From: a virus
Taxonomy: Duplodnaviria; Caudoviricetes
DNA length: 46,983 nucleotides
Direction: 5' to 3' (one strand)
Virus record (IMG/VR): IMGVR_UViG_3300037751_000148
Span: 1-46,983 of that record
Positions 27,505-38,054 of this stretch are shown one piece after another (within the stretch, counting starts at the first letter, position 1; every line of letters begins with the position of its first letter). Under the pieces are notes generated by a model. That model worked only from the letters and a program-made list of their open reading frames with translations, made no database searches and was not told where the DNA came from. A program made the position numbers and the translations under genes.

Positions 27505-28239
27505 GTGGCCGGATCAACGGATGTACTAGGACCCTCAGCGAACCCTCAGTTTACCCTTGGGACTTCTGTTCTTGGGATGTTCCATGAGGGAACCAGCGAA
27601 GCCCAGGCAGAGACAGCGACAGCCTCTGGTAGTGGTGTCATGGGGAAGTCCGGCACCGGCGCACCCCAGGCCGCTACCGCCACTGCGTCAGGATCGGGTG
27701 TTATTGGCAACGAAGCAACCGGATCACCCCAGGCCACCACAGCGATAGTATCGGGCTCTGGATCTGTCGTAAAGACTGGGGTCGGATCACCCCAGGCCAC
27801 CACAGCGATAGTATCGGGTTCTGGGGTTACCGGTAGGTTCGGATCTGGATCGCCCCAGGCCATCAGGGCAACCGCATCAGCCTCCGGGGCCGTGACTAGA
27901 ATCGGTACCGGGTCCCCCCAGGCAACAACAGCTACCAGCTCCGGTTCCGGAATCGTTGAGGCGGATGGTACTGGGAACCCTCAGGCATCCGCAGCCAGTG
28001 CTTCTGGGTCAGGGATCATTGCCAGGATCGGCACTGGATCACCCCAGGCCACTACCGCCACTGCGTCCGGAGAGGGCATCGTCGAGGATACCGTAATCAC
28101 CGGGGCAGGAGCCGTACAGGCATCTGAAGCCACAGTGAATGGAACGGGTGAGATAAACGGAGTAGGGGACGGTGACGGTACTAGGAGGCAGAGGGCGCTA
28201 TCTGCTATTATTCAATCACGTAGTCGGAGAGTCGCATGA
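27505..28239 (+). CDS. Repeat fibre-like protein (nine 21-aa repeats), paralogous to the C-terminal part of the upstream gene
   Basis: Same repeat unit and same GDG..GTRRQR..SR.RR.A tail. Confidence 0.75.
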   Translation: MAGSTDVLGPSANPQFTLGTSVLGMFHEGTSEAQAETATASGSGVMGKSGTGAPQAATATASGSGVIGNEATGSPQATTAIVSGSGSVVKTGVGSPQATTAIVSGSGVTGRFGSGSPQAIRATASASGAVTRIGTGSPQATTATSSGSGIVEADGTGNPQASAASASGSGIIARIGTGSPQATTATASGEGIVEDTVITGAGAVQASEATVNGTGEINGVGDGDGTRRQRALSAIIQSRSRRVA

Positions 28240-29258
28240 GCAGTACAACACAACCCACAGACTTCTCAGATCTGTATACCTCGCTACTGAACTCCGTCCG
28301 AGCGGATACCGGTCAGTCTGTCACAGTCACACAAGCAAAACGATACATAAACATCGCCCTCCAAGACATGCATGTTGGGTTTGGCGAGAAGTTTCCTTGG
28401 GCTGAGCGCCGGGGTGTGATTGTTACGCAGCCTGCATACACCACTGGAACACTGTCTGTAACCCAGGGATCGGCAACGATCACCGGTGTTGGGACTCTGT
28501 GGAACACGAACAACGCCTTCAGCCTTGCCAACATGAGAATTGGCGGTAAGATCCGTATCAACAGCGGAACTGAGGTCTACGAGATAACAGCCGTTGCAAG
28601 TGACACCTCGGCAACAATCGGCCATAAGTTTACGCCTGCTGATGTAAGTGCGGCCACCTACACCTACTTCGAAGATGAGTACTCTTTGGCGGACGACTTC
28701 CTCAGGCCCATCGACATTCAGCAGTTCTCGGACAGTATGCCGATCGATGTTATAGACCGGCTGATGTTCCGCCGCGCATACCCGAGAAACTACATCCCAG
28801 GTAAGCCGGTTGTTGCAACCCTGATCGATCTGCCTGCAAGTGGCGACACAACACCGGTGCGCAAGGTCAGATTCCACAAGCCGCCAGATGTCGCATACAG
28901 CATCCCATACAGCTACGTTACCGGGCACCTTGCTATCTCCTCTTCCGGAGTCTCCCAGCAGTCACTCTCCGCTGATACGGATGAGCCGATCGTTCCGTTC
29001 CGGTACCGGCACGTTATCCTATTCCATGCCCTATACCACTGGTACCGGGATCGCAAGGATGATCAGCGCAGCCAAGAGGCGAAAGCCGAGTACACCGATC
29101 TAATCCAGAGGATGACCGGGGACACAGAAGTAGGAGCCCAGAGGCTGAGATTCAGACCAGCAAACGGGATGTACCGTGCCAAGGCTCGGCGTCCATATGG
29201 TGGAGGGTCGAACCGTCGATTCGACAGCGGCGGACGCTTCGACAGGTTTGAGGAGTAG
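28236..29258 (+). CDS. Head-tail adaptor / tail tubular protein A-like
   Basis: FSDLYTSL...AKRYINIALQD...FPWA...YSLADDF...DEPIVP pattern and gene position. Confidence 0.7.
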   Translation: MSSTTQPTDFSDLYTSLLNSVRADTGQSVTVTQAKRYINIALQDMHVGFGEKFPWAERRGVIVTQPAYTTGTLSVTQGSATITGVGTLWNTNNAFSLANMRIGGKIRINSGTEVYEITAVASDTSATIGHKFTPADVSAATYTYFEDEYSLADDFLRPIDIQQFSDSMPIDVIDRLMFRRAYPRNYIPGKPVVATLIDLPASGDTTPVRKVRFHKPPDVAYSIPYSYVTGHLAISSSGVSQQSLSADTDEPIVPFRYRHVILFHALYHWYRDRKDDQRSQEAKAEYTDLIQRMTGDTEVGAQRLRFRPANGMYRAKARRPYGGGSNRRFDSGGRFDRFEE

Positions 29259-29260
29259 CC

Positions 29261-30856
29261 ATGCCAACAAAGCGTCAACACTTCCGGCACATCTTTGAAG
29301 GCGGGTTTGCTACGGATATGGGTACATCCGTCGAGACTCCAACCGATCAGTTCGGGCGTCTGATCATCCCGTTCCTGATCCAAGCCGAGAACGTACGTTT
29401 CGAGATGGATGGGGGACCACGTAAGGTCGGCGGGACACTGAAGCTCAACGCAACAACACTTGAGAGTGGGTCGCCTGTTAGGGGACTCTTCGACTACTGG
29501 CGGATGGGTACCGCTGGCACCCCTGTTCAGAAACGGGTTATTCATGTCGGTGAGGATATCTATAAGGATGATGCAGACGGAACATTCACCTCATTAGCGA
29601 CAGGGTTAAGCGCGACGGCAATCCCGAACTACAACCTGTTCGATGATATCCTGATCATCGCCAGCGACTCTAACATAGACGTACCTAAGTCTTGGGACCA
29701 GACCACGTTCCAGAACCTCGCCGGTACGCCGCCAAACTTCGCATTCTCGGCGACCCATAAGAACAGGGTGTGGGCGGCGGGTGTTGCCTCTGACCCATCC
29801 ACAGTTTACTACTCCGAGATCTTCGACCCTGAGGATTGGACAGGCGCTGGGTCGGGTAGCATCCAGATCGACCCAGGCGACGGAGACAAGATCACCGGTC
29901 TGATATCCCACAATAACGAGCTGTTCATTTTTAAAGGGCCTCATAAGGGATCGATCCACAGAATCACTGGATCAGCACCGACCGGAGATGATCCGTTCGC
30001 AAGGAGGATCTTTATTCGTGGTGTCGGAGCCGTCAGTCAGAATACGATATTCAGGTTCCTCGATGACGTTGGATTCATATGGTCTGACGGGTCGGTTCGA
30101 AGCCTGAAGGCTACAGACTCATTCGGGGACTTCTCCGAAGCGGCCATGTCTCGTGGCATCCGCGCCTACATACATCGGACCGTCGATTTCTCCTCCCTCC
30201 CCAAGGCATGGGTTATTAACGACGACTCGAACGCTACGATTCTGTTCGGCTTCCAGTCAGTTAGTGGTACCGATAACGATACGGTTCTTATGATGGACTA
30301 TCGGTTCCAGCCGCCTCGTTGGGCAGTCTGGAATGCATTTGACCCCTCGGCACTGGCGGTTGTTCTAGACCCTGATAACAACGATCTCCCAACTGTGATG
30401 ATGGGATCATCCGATGGGTTCGTGAAGAAGATGAACCAGGATACTCGTTCAATCGATGGGACCGGAGCCATCAGGTACATCGTTACAACTCCCTTCATTC
30501 ATTATGGCATCCCCATAATGATGAAGACGCTTACATCAGCATCTGTTGGTCTGAAACCTCGGACAAGCTCAGACATGACGTTCCGCTGGCGACGGGACAA
30601 CAACGCCAGCCAGACCAAGGTACTGACACAGACAGGAGGAACAGACCTGCTTGCTCCTGCCCCTGAGAACGAGTTCACCCTTGGAACCTCAACACTTAGC
30701 GGCGGGGATTTCCTAGACATTTATGTCGATATGGACGAGGGCGGGGAGTTCCGATCTATTCAGTACGAATTCTCGAACCTGACGGCCGGTGACGACATCG
30801 AACTGCATACATTCTCCGCAGTAGTCGAAGGCGGTGCTTGGAGTGGAGAGAACTAA
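29261..30856 (+). CDS. Tail tubular protein B / nozzle (P22 gp10-like beta-propeller)
   Basis: FEGG...AENV, HKNRVWAAG...VYYS..DPEDW, ITGL...LFIFK, GVGAVSQNTI. Confidence 0.78.
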   Translation: MPTKRQHFRHIFEGGFATDMGTSVETPTDQFGRLIIPFLIQAENVRFEMDGGPRKVGGTLKLNATTLESGSPVRGLFDYWRMGTAGTPVQKRVIHVGEDIYKDDADGTFTSLATGLSATAIPNYNLFDDILIIASDSNIDVPKSWDQTTFQNLAGTPPNFAFSATHKNRVWAAGVASDPSTVYYSEIFDPEDWTGAGSGSIQIDPGDGDKITGLISHNNELFIFKGPHKGSIHRITGSAPTGDDPFARRIFIRGVGAVSQNTIFRFLDDVGFIWSDGSVRSLKATDSFGDFSEAAMSRGIRAYIHRTVDFSSLPKAWVINDDSNATILFGFQSVSGTDNDTVLMMDYRFQPPRWAVWNAFDPSALAVVLDPDNNDLPTVMMGSSDGFVKKMNQDTRSIDGTGAIRYIVTTPFIHYGIPIMMKTLTSASVGLKPRTSSDMTFRWRRDNNASQTKVLTQTGGTDLLAPAPENEFTLGTSTLSGGDFLDIYVDMDEGGEFRSIQYEFSNLTAGDDIELHTFSAVVEGGAWSGEN

Positions 30857-30857
30857 G

Positions 30858-31265
30858 ATGCGCCCTGATATCGAAGTCCGAATGGCTGAGAATACTGAAG
30901 GTGAGATAGTCGGGATGTTAGCCGCAAGGGCAGGGTTCCAAGAAGATTATGTTGACTGGACAAATATTTTCCCGTACTGGTTGGTCGCCATCTATGAGAG
31001 TAGAATAATTGGCACGATTCAAGTATGCCCAGGCGGGCCTATAGGAAGGTTGGAGATACTTTACGTGATGCAGGACGTTCCTACAAGAGTAAGGAAGTTA
31101 GCCACCTACATGCTACTTGAGGCGGGAGCCCGTACACTCAAACTGGGGGGTGCCCAGGTTGTCGGGGGCATCGTCAGTTTCGATATGAAGTACTTCAAGA
31201 ATTTCCTTCGCAAACGGGGCGCAGTGACGGCCCTTACCGGCAACCTTCTTATGTGGAGAGTTTAA
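30858..31265 (+). CDS. GNAT-like acetyltransferase-fold protein
   Basis: WLVAIYESRIIG...LEILYV...; position after the nozzle gene as in podoviruses. Confidence 0.6.
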   Translation: MRPDIEVRMAENTEGEIVGMLAARAGFQEDYVDWTNIFPYWLVAIYESRIIGTIQVCPGGPIGRLEILYVMQDVPTRVRKLATYMLLEAGARTLKLGGAQVVGGIVSFDMKYFKNFLRKRGAVTALTGNLLMWRV

Positions 31266-32126
31266 ATGGGCGGCAAGTCGGGTGGGTCTAAGCCAGCTCC
31301 AGTGAGTAGGCATCAGGATACAAGCGAAGCGAACGAGGTCGCACTACAGAACCTCGCTATACGCATGTCAACACAGCAGCTGCAGGAGATTGGAAGACAG
31401 TCAACGGCCCAGATAAAGCGTGAGACTCAGATGCAGCCTCTCATCGATAAGCAGATGGCGTTCGAGATGCAGCAATTCGACCAGCTGGAGCAGCAGAGAG
31501 CGTTCGAAGCAGAGCTTGAGCCACTACGGCGGGAGATTGAACGTAAAGAGCTTGAAGCCATAGCGGCGGGACCGGGGGCAACGGAGGAACAGAAAGCCCT
31601 AATTGCTCAGGCGACAGAGCAGGGCATAGCTGCTGGAACATCTGATATCGAGAGGTTCCGGGATGAGGGTATCGAACAGATCCGGTCTAGACTAGCTCCG
31701 TCACTCGGGCTACGTCCGGGGGATACGCCTCTTGTCGATCGGGGGCAGACTGTCCAGAACGAGGCTGCGAGACTTCAAGGGCAGCTTGTTAGTGGGTTCC
31801 GAGGGCAGCAGGCAGAGGCAGAGCTAAACTTCCCGTTGGCTGCAGGACAATTCCAGGCGCAGCGGACCCAGGCTCAGCAGGGGCTTGGAGCTGCAAGCGA
31901 TTCCTTCATAGCTCAACTGCAGCAACAGATAACAGCGAATCGACTTGGCAACCAGGGACAGAGTACATCAACCGGACTAGGATTGGCTGGGATGACGAGT
32001 GCAACCGGGGGACCATCCTTCCTACAACGTGGCGCTCCATTGCAGAAGGGTGAAAGCACTCTTGGAGCGACACTTGGCGGAATTGGCGGTGCATTGACGG
32101 GCGGTGCAGCGATGTTCGCACTATAG
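31266..32126 (+). CDS. Internal virion (DNA ejection) protein
   Basis: MGGKSGGS start, Gln-rich, Gly/Ala hydrophobic C-terminus. Confidence 0.7.
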   Translation: MGGKSGGSKPAPVSRHQDTSEANEVALQNLAIRMSTQQLQEIGRQSTAQIKRETQMQPLIDKQMAFEMQQFDQLEQQRAFEAELEPLRREIERKELEAIAAGPGATEEQKALIAQATEQGIAAGTSDIERFRDEGIEQIRSRLAPSLGLRPGDTPLVDRGQTVQNEAARLQGQLVSGFRGQQAEAELNFPLAAGQFQAQRTQAQQGLGAASDSFIAQLQQQITANRLGNQGQSTSTGLGLAGMTSATGGPSFLQRGAPLQKGESTLGATLGGIGGALTGGAAMFAL

Positions 32127-32139
32127 GAGTTCTAAAAGA

Positions 32140-33933
32140 ATGGCAATCGGTCTTAACCTTCGACCAGACGAACAAAGGCAGAGTCCGGGCCTCAACCTGG
32201 CACAGGTTCGTCCTGATATAACGCCGCCTACGGCAGCACCAAGCCTAGCCAATCGACAAGTCGAACAGCCTGTTCGAGCTCCTATGCTGTCTCAACAATC
32301 TCCGATGCCTGTTGATGTTCCACCTCCTCCACAGGTGGCGTCAATTTCACAGCAGGCACCGGCACCGACCGCACCAGCAGCAGAGGGGGAGGGGTTCGCC
32401 GGTGTTCTGGAGGATCTAGGGTTCCTGTTCAGTTCCGTGAGTGCTGGGATGGCCGGAACCACAGGGCCTCAGCATCCTGACGAGAAACGGGCAGCTGCCG
32501 CTAGGAAAGATGCGGCCCTGCAGTTTGAGCAAGATCAGCTCAGGCAGAAGATGTTTAACGATCAGGTTAAGAACCTTGAAACGTTCACGAAGCTTGCAAA
32601 GGATGTCCCAAAGGAGTCACGAGGCAAGCTGAAAGAAATAATGATGAAACAGTTCCAGGACAGTCCCCTGGCCGAAGTGATGGACCTTGCCTTCGAAGAT
32701 GACTCCGTAATGGAGTTGGCAACACAGATGGGGCTAGATCCTCAGGACGAAGTAGTTCAGATGCTCGGTCGGTCGGACATAGGCCCTAAGGATAAGATGA
32801 AGGTGCTAACAGACAGGGCGGACGAGGTTCTGTTCCCTGAGGCGATGAGGAAGATCGGTGTAATCAGTGCGTCCCCAGAGAAGGCTTTCCCGCCTGATGT
32901 TCTCGAACTTGTTATGAAGGACGGAAAGATCACTCCGGCTGAATTCCAAGCCTTCAATGACTCGATAATGGACGAGTCAATGAAACTCAGTAAGGGTGAG
33001 GTAACCTCAGCTCTCCGGAACATCGACGTACTTAAAGCTGCCGGGATTGGGGTTGATGGGTCTGAGATGGAGGAGTTGAAATTTAAGGATGTTGGCACAG
33101 TCACCCTGAGGGATGGCACGACAATAAATGACGCTACAACATTCATGCAGGGTAACCGGAGAGTTATCCGGAACCCCGATACCAACCAGATGATTCCCCT
33201 TCCTTCAGGAGCCAGATTTGCCCCTAGAAAATCCGAGGGCATCAACATAAAGATGGCCCCTGGTGAGAACGAGTTCCAGAGAGTACTTGGCAAATCGGCC
33301 GGCACTCGTATCGCCAAGAAACTTGAAGTCGCAGAAGGAGCTAGAACGGCTCTTACCAACGTCAACTCAGCGAAGAATGCGTTGGACAAGGGTGTCATAG
33401 TTGGCTTCGGTTCAGACTTCCGGATGGGGTTTGGCCGTCTCCTTGGTGCAGCCGGGTTCGGGAAGGCTGGGGACGAGGTTGCGAATACAGAGGCATTCAT
33501 GGCTGTCATGGGCAACCAGTTTATGTCCTTACTGGCATCTGGTGCGTTCGGTGCCGGTACTGGGATATCGGATCGAGATCTTCAGACAGCACAGGCAATC
33601 GTTGGTGGGAACACTGAACTCACAGAGAAAGGCATCCGCCTAATCCTCAGGGTCACAGAGGCGGGTGCTAAGGCATCGATAAAAGGATTCCGTGAGGAAC
33701 GAGGCAGGCTCAGTCCGGAGGATCTCAGATTCGTACCGGATGTTGCAGACCCTGAAGATGCTGTTGGGTTCGGTAGGGCTGAGAAGGGCAAGGAATCCGC
33801 GGCGAAGACACCACAGGCGGCACCACCAAGGCCCCTAGAGGAGATGAGCCAGAGCGAGAAGATGAAGGAGCTGAAACAACTTTTGGATGCTGGTGTTATA
33901 ACTCAGGAGGAATTCGATGGCGTCAATCGATGA
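32140..33933 (+). CDS. Internal virion (DNA ejection) protein
   Basis: GAGTGISDRD motif; SHOCT-like C-terminus LKQLLDAGVITQEEFD. Confidence 0.7.
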   Translation: MAIGLNLRPDEQRQSPGLNLAQVRPDITPPTAAPSLANRQVEQPVRAPMLSQQSPMPVDVPPPPQVASISQQAPAPTAPAAEGEGFAGVLEDLGFLFSSVSAGMAGTTGPQHPDEKRAAAARKDAALQFEQDQLRQKMFNDQVKNLETFTKLAKDVPKESRGKLKEIMMKQFQDSPLAEVMDLAFEDDSVMELATQMGLDPQDEVVQMLGRSDIGPKDKMKVLTDRADEVLFPEAMRKIGVISASPEKAFPPDVLELVMKDGKITPAEFQAFNDSIMDESMKLSKGEVTSALRNIDVLKAAGIGVDGSEMEELKFKDVGTVTLRDGTTINDATTFMQGNRRVIRNPDTNQMIPLPSGARFAPRKSEGINIKMAPGENEFQRVLGKSAGTRIAKKLEVAEGARTALTNVNSAKNALDKGVIVGFGSDFRMGFGRLLGAAGFGKAGDEVANTEAFMAVMGNQFMSLLASGAFGAGTGISDRDLQTAQAIVGGNTELTEKGIRLILRVTEAGAKASIKGFREERGRLSPEDLRFVPDVADPEDAVGFGRAEKGKESAAKTPQAAPPRPLEEMSQSEKMKELKQLLDAGVITQEEFDGVNR

Positions 33934-36043
33934 GCTGCTGCTTCGCGGCAGGCAGGCTAGCACCACCAAAACCCCGCCAGCTGCGGCACAGGCTCCAGCG
34001 CAGGCTCCGGCAGCATCTCTATCCCAACCACAGACAAACGGCCTAGACGCTCTACTTCAGAGGGCCAGGGGCGGGGCGACTACTACGCCTCTGCCAGATG
34101 TCCCACTTGGTCCAACTCCTTCAGCAGGAGGTGCCATAGGATCTGAAGCTCCTGAGGGGGCAAGTACTTTCGCTGGTGACCTTGGAGAGGTTGCCAAAGA
34201 GATTCCACAAGCTGCCGGAGGAACACTCGGCGCTATGGGCGGGGCGGCTCTCGTTGCACCGTTCGCCCCAGTAGCTGGCCCTCTTGCACCAATCGTTGTC
34301 GCTGGTGGTGCTGTTGCAGGCGCATTCCTTGGCGGGGGACTGACCGGGTTCGGGTCTAATATGGTCGAGCAGATGATAGCCGACCCAGGCATAACCCCAG
34401 ACTTCAAGATTGCTTGGGAGGAGGCAAAGCTTACAGGTCAGGAGGAGGGATTTTTTGAGGGCGTCGGCCGGGCGATTGCTCAAGCTTTACCTGGTGGGGT
34501 CCGTGCTGCTGTCAACCTAATTGGTCCTAAAGTTGACATGCACAAGTTCGCTATCTCACAACGGTTGAAGGCAGCCGGTAGGGAACTCGGAATAGAAGGC
34601 AACGCCGGTCTGACACTCGGGGAGATCTCCGGCGGTAAGATATCAAGGTGGACAGAAGAACTCATACAGGACGCTCCTCTCGGGGGGCAGTTTTTCGGAA
34701 AGCTGGCCGGGACGAATGATGAGATCTTAAAGCAGATTAACGATAAGGCCCTCCGGAACATAAACAACGGTACCATCGAAGCGCTGGAAGATGATGCACT
34801 CGGTGATATGGTCATAGACTCCGTGAATAACGGGATGTCTATGATGTACCACATAGGGAAACGTATTTACGGCGACCTCGATAAGATGTTCCCCGGTACC
34901 AAGACAATAGTCACAAGGGAGATCCCTATAGAGGGGATGGTGGACGTTTCCGGGAAACCCCTTACAAGGAAGATTCAGGAGCAGGTCACCCTTGGACCAG
35001 TTGACACCAGGCCGATGAAAAAGTGGGCGTCGGAGCAGGAGAAATCTTTCCTTATAGAGAAGGATCTTATCGGCGGCAAGCTGGTTACTGACTTCGCAAA
35101 CCTTCCAGCGGATGCCAGCTTCACCCAGATCCACAGCCTTCGGTCTGCTGTTAAGCAACGCCGGAGAGATCTCAACAATGTTCAGGATTCCGGTCCTGCA
35201 CTCCGAATCCTAGCAGATGGGGAGCAGCAGCTGACACGCGCTATGGATATAGCAGGGGCCAGAGACGACGTTGCACCGGGCGCTGTGAAGCAGCTGCAGA
35301 GGGCGCAGAAGTTCTGGCGAGAGGGTAACGAGAAGCTGAACAACGAACTGATCCAGCGTGTTATGCGACTTGAGAAGACACCTTCCAAGATCGGAAACTA
35401 CCTGTTCCAAGCCAATAACATCGACACAGTTAGGGCTATGAAGAAGTCAGTACGCCATGCTGCTAGGCTTGGGAAACTGACTAAATCTGGTGGACAGTTC
35501 GGAGATGCTGCCGTCCTATCTCGCAAGAAAAAAGAGGTCAAAGGGATCGACTTTAAGGAAACATGGGGGCATATCCAGGGCCGGTATGTGTCGAACGTGC
35601 TCGAACAGACCGGGGAGGATCTGTCCAGTACGAAACTAATTAAGATGTATGGAGATAGGAAGCAGAGGGCAGTCTTCGACGAGATTCTCGAACCTGAGAT
35701 GCGTAAGCCCTTCGAGGAGTTTGTCCAGGTTATGAAGATCCAAAATGCCAAGCCCCCAGGAAGGGGAACCATGCTCAACTGGCGGCAGACTGGAGCGTTT
35801 CTTCAGGTAGGTGCAGCTGGTGGGGCAGTGGTCGGAGCCGGTGCGGCTGGGACTGCGTCCTCCATGCTGTTCATAGCTCCTCCGGTACTGGGGGCGATGA
35901 TGACCAGGCCAGATGGGATCTTACTACTTACCAGGGCACTGCAGAACACGCCTGGCTCCCAAGTCGCCGGGCCGCTAGCCGCTCGTATCGCTGATATGGC
36001 AGGGATGATCGAATTAGATCTAAACTCAGAGGAGCAGCAGTGA
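33917..36043 (+). CDS. Large internal virion (DNA ejection) protein
   Basis: 708 aa with Gly/Ala-rich hydrophobic segments; position in the ejection module. Confidence 0.7.
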   Translation: MASIDELLLRGRQASTTKTPPAAAQAPAQAPAASLSQPQTNGLDALLQRARGGATTTPLPDVPLGPTPSAGGAIGSEAPEGASTFAGDLGEVAKEIPQAAGGTLGAMGGAALVAPFAPVAGPLAPIVVAGGAVAGAFLGGGLTGFGSNMVEQMIADPGITPDFKIAWEEAKLTGQEEGFFEGVGRAIAQALPGGVRAAVNLIGPKVDMHKFAISQRLKAAGRELGIEGNAGLTLGEISGGKISRWTEELIQDAPLGGQFFGKLAGTNDEILKQINDKALRNINNGTIEALEDDALGDMVIDSVNNGMSMMYHIGKRIYGDLDKMFPGTKTIVTREIPIEGMVDVSGKPLTRKIQEQVTLGPVDTRPMKKWASEQEKSFLIEKDLIGGKLVTDFANLPADASFTQIHSLRSAVKQRRRDLNNVQDSGPALRILADGEQQLTRAMDIAGARDDVAPGAVKQLQRAQKFWREGNEKLNNELIQRVMRLEKTPSKIGNYLFQANNIDTVRAMKKSVRHAARLGKLTKSGGQFGDAAVLSRKKKEVKGIDFKETWGHIQGRYVSNVLEQTGEDLSSTKLIKMYGDRKQRAVFDEILEPEMRKPFEEFVQVMKIQNAKPPGRGTMLNWRQTGAFLQVGAAGGAVVGAGAAGTASSMLFIAPPVLGAMMTRPDGILLLTRALQNTPGSQVAGPLAARIADMAGMIELDLNSEEQQ

Positions 36044-36237
36044 TGGAAGAACTTATCAAATTCATCGCTCCCATATTTTCGGGAGCAGCCCTTTTAATGC
36101 TTGGCATACTGGTCAGACGGTTGACGACCATTGACGATAAGATAGGCAGGATCCACGATCGTATGACAACGGTCGAGGTTGACATAAAACAGCGGATCAG
36201 TGTGCTGGAAACGAAAGCATACAGAGGGGACAGATAA
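36040..36237 (+). CDS. Small single-TM protein (possible holin)
   Basis: N-terminal TM helix followed by a coiled-coil; GAGGAG SD. Confidence 0.5.
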   Translation: MMEELIKFIAPIFSGAALLMLGILVRRLTTIDDKIGRIHDRMTTVEVDIKQRISVLETKAYRGDR

Positions 36238-38040
36238 GTGGCTATTACAACATTCAAGACATTCTCAGCCGGTGAGGTACTGACAGCCTCAGACCTCAAC
36301 TCGTCCTTTACCCATATCACCGGTAACGGCGAGGATCTCGGGTGGCCGTCAACTCAGGCCAAGGATATGGACGGGACTGAGTTAATCCTTGACGTTGACG
36401 CGGATACGTCGATCCACGCTAGCACTGATGACCAGATTGACTTCAAGGCTGGTGGTACAGACGTAATGATCGTCGATGCTTCCGGTGTCAGGGTTGTTGG
36501 TGACTTTCAGAACTACGGAGCTGGGGCTGTTACGTCAAACTTGTCGCTGGGACTTGATGCGCTCGGCGCTAACACCTCAGGGGCCGGCAACACAGCGGTA
36601 GGTCAGGGTGCTCTCGATGCTAATACCTCAGCATCTAACAACACTGCAGTAGGTCAGAACGCTCTCACTGCCACTGTTACCGGGGCTCAGAACGTCGCTG
36701 TTGGTAAGGATGCTTTGGCTCTCAATACGGTTGGCAATAACACAGCTTTAGGGTACCTCGCCCTCGCTTCGACTGTTACAGGACAGCAGAACACAGCTGT
36801 TGGTGCGAGTTCCTTGAATAACAACACAGCCTCTGGACTGACAGCCGTAGGGTTCAATTCTCTTGGTGCTAACACCTCTGGGACCAGTAACACTGCAGTT
36901 GGTACCTCAGCAGCTGCTTCTACTACTACCGGGGGCGGTAACACCGCAGTTGGCAACAGTGCGCTGACTACCAATACTACCGGGGGCGGTAACACCGCAG
37001 TTGGCAACAATGCTCTCACGCTCTCTACTGGGGACGGTAACACTGCAGTTGGTCAGGCTTCCCTAGATGCCAACACTACCGGGTCCAACAACGTTGCAGT
37101 TGGGAAGGATGCCCTCACTGCAGTCACTACCGGTGTTGATAACACTGCAGTAGGTACGGAAGCCCTTAGGGATAACGTTTCCGGTAATAACAATACAGGC
37201 ATAGGCAGAGCAGCGCTTAGGGAGTGTACAGCGTCGGACACAACAGCAGTTGGGCATCTGTCGTTAGCTGCCTTAACAACCGGGATTAACAATACTGCTG
37301 TAGGTTACAGGGCAGGGGCAGCACTGGTAGGAGGAGGACAGAACTCGATGCTTGGCTATAACGCCGCTGGTGGGACTACCTTTGCCGGTACCTCCTGCAC
37401 AGCTATCGGGTACAATACCCTCTCTTTGGCTCAGACTGTCTCGTTCAATACCGCCGTAGGGTCTGGAGCACTCGCCTCCCTGACAACCGGAGGTAGACAG
37501 ACTGCCGTTGGGGCTGGTGCCCTGACTGCTGCGACTACAGGGTTTTCCAACGCGGTCTTTGGGCGCGATGCTGGTAAGAACGTAACTACCGGCGGGGGCA
37601 ACATAATACTTGGATCAGAAAACTCCTCCGGTACTTATCTACCAGTTTTCGATGTTACAGCGAATGACAACAGGGTTGTTGTGGGGCATACCTCTGTAGC
37701 CGTCGCCTACGTTCAAGTAGCTTGGACAGTCACATCAGATATCCGTGATAAGGCGAACATCCAGCCTGTGGCGCACGGACTAGGGTTTGTGATGCAACTT
37801 AACCCAATCTCATACCAGTTCAAGGTTGATCGTGATAGTGAGGAAGTTCACGGACCTGTCCGGTATGGGTTCTCAGCGCAGGATATCCTAGCCCTCGAAG
37901 GCGATAGCCCGGTTATCATCGACGCCGAAGATCCGGATCACCTACGACTAACCAGCGAAAACCTGATAGCAGTCCTCGTTAACGCTATCCAGGATCTGAA
38001 GGCTGAGGTGGATGACCTTAAACAACAGCTTCTAGGGTGA
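36238..38040 (+). CDS. Tail fibre/spike with NTAVG repeats and C-terminal intramolecular chaperone (peptidase S74-like)
   Basis: N-terminal FSAGEVLTASDLN; many 15-17-aa NTAVGxxALxxNTxG repeats; TSDIRDKANI...YGFSAQD...VLVNAIQDL. Confidence 0.88.
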   Translation: MAITTFKTFSAGEVLTASDLNSSFTHITGNGEDLGWPSTQAKDMDGTELILDVDADTSIHASTDDQIDFKAGGTDVMIVDASGVRVVGDFQNYGAGAVTSNLSLGLDALGANTSGAGNTAVGQGALDANTSASNNTAVGQNALTATVTGAQNVAVGKDALALNTVGNNTALGYLALASTVTGQQNTAVGASSLNNNTASGLTAVGFNSLGANTSGTSNTAVGTSAAASTTTGGGNTAVGNSALTTNTTGGGNTAVGNNALTLSTGDGNTAVGQASLDANTTGSNNVAVGKDALTAVTTGVDNTAVGTEALRDNVSGNNNTGIGRAALRECTASDTTAVGHLSLAALTTGINNTAVGYRAGAALVGGGQNSMLGYNAAGGTTFAGTSCTAIGYNTLSLAQTVSFNTAVGSGALASLTTGGRQTAVGAGALTAATTGFSNAVFGRDAGKNVTTGGGNIILGSENSSGTYLPVFDVTANDNRVVVGHTSVAVAYVQVAWTVTSDIRDKANIQPVAHGLGFVMQLNPISYQFKVDRDSEEVHGPVRYGFSAQDILALEGDSPVIIDAEDPDHLRLTSENLIAVLVNAIQDLKAEVDDLKQQLLG

Positions 38041-38054
38041 AGGAGGTAATCAAG

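Noticed and set aside
36238-38040. Tail fibre as a diversity-generating retroelement target
   Set aside because: No reverse transcriptase and no template/variable repeat pair differing at adenines was seen.
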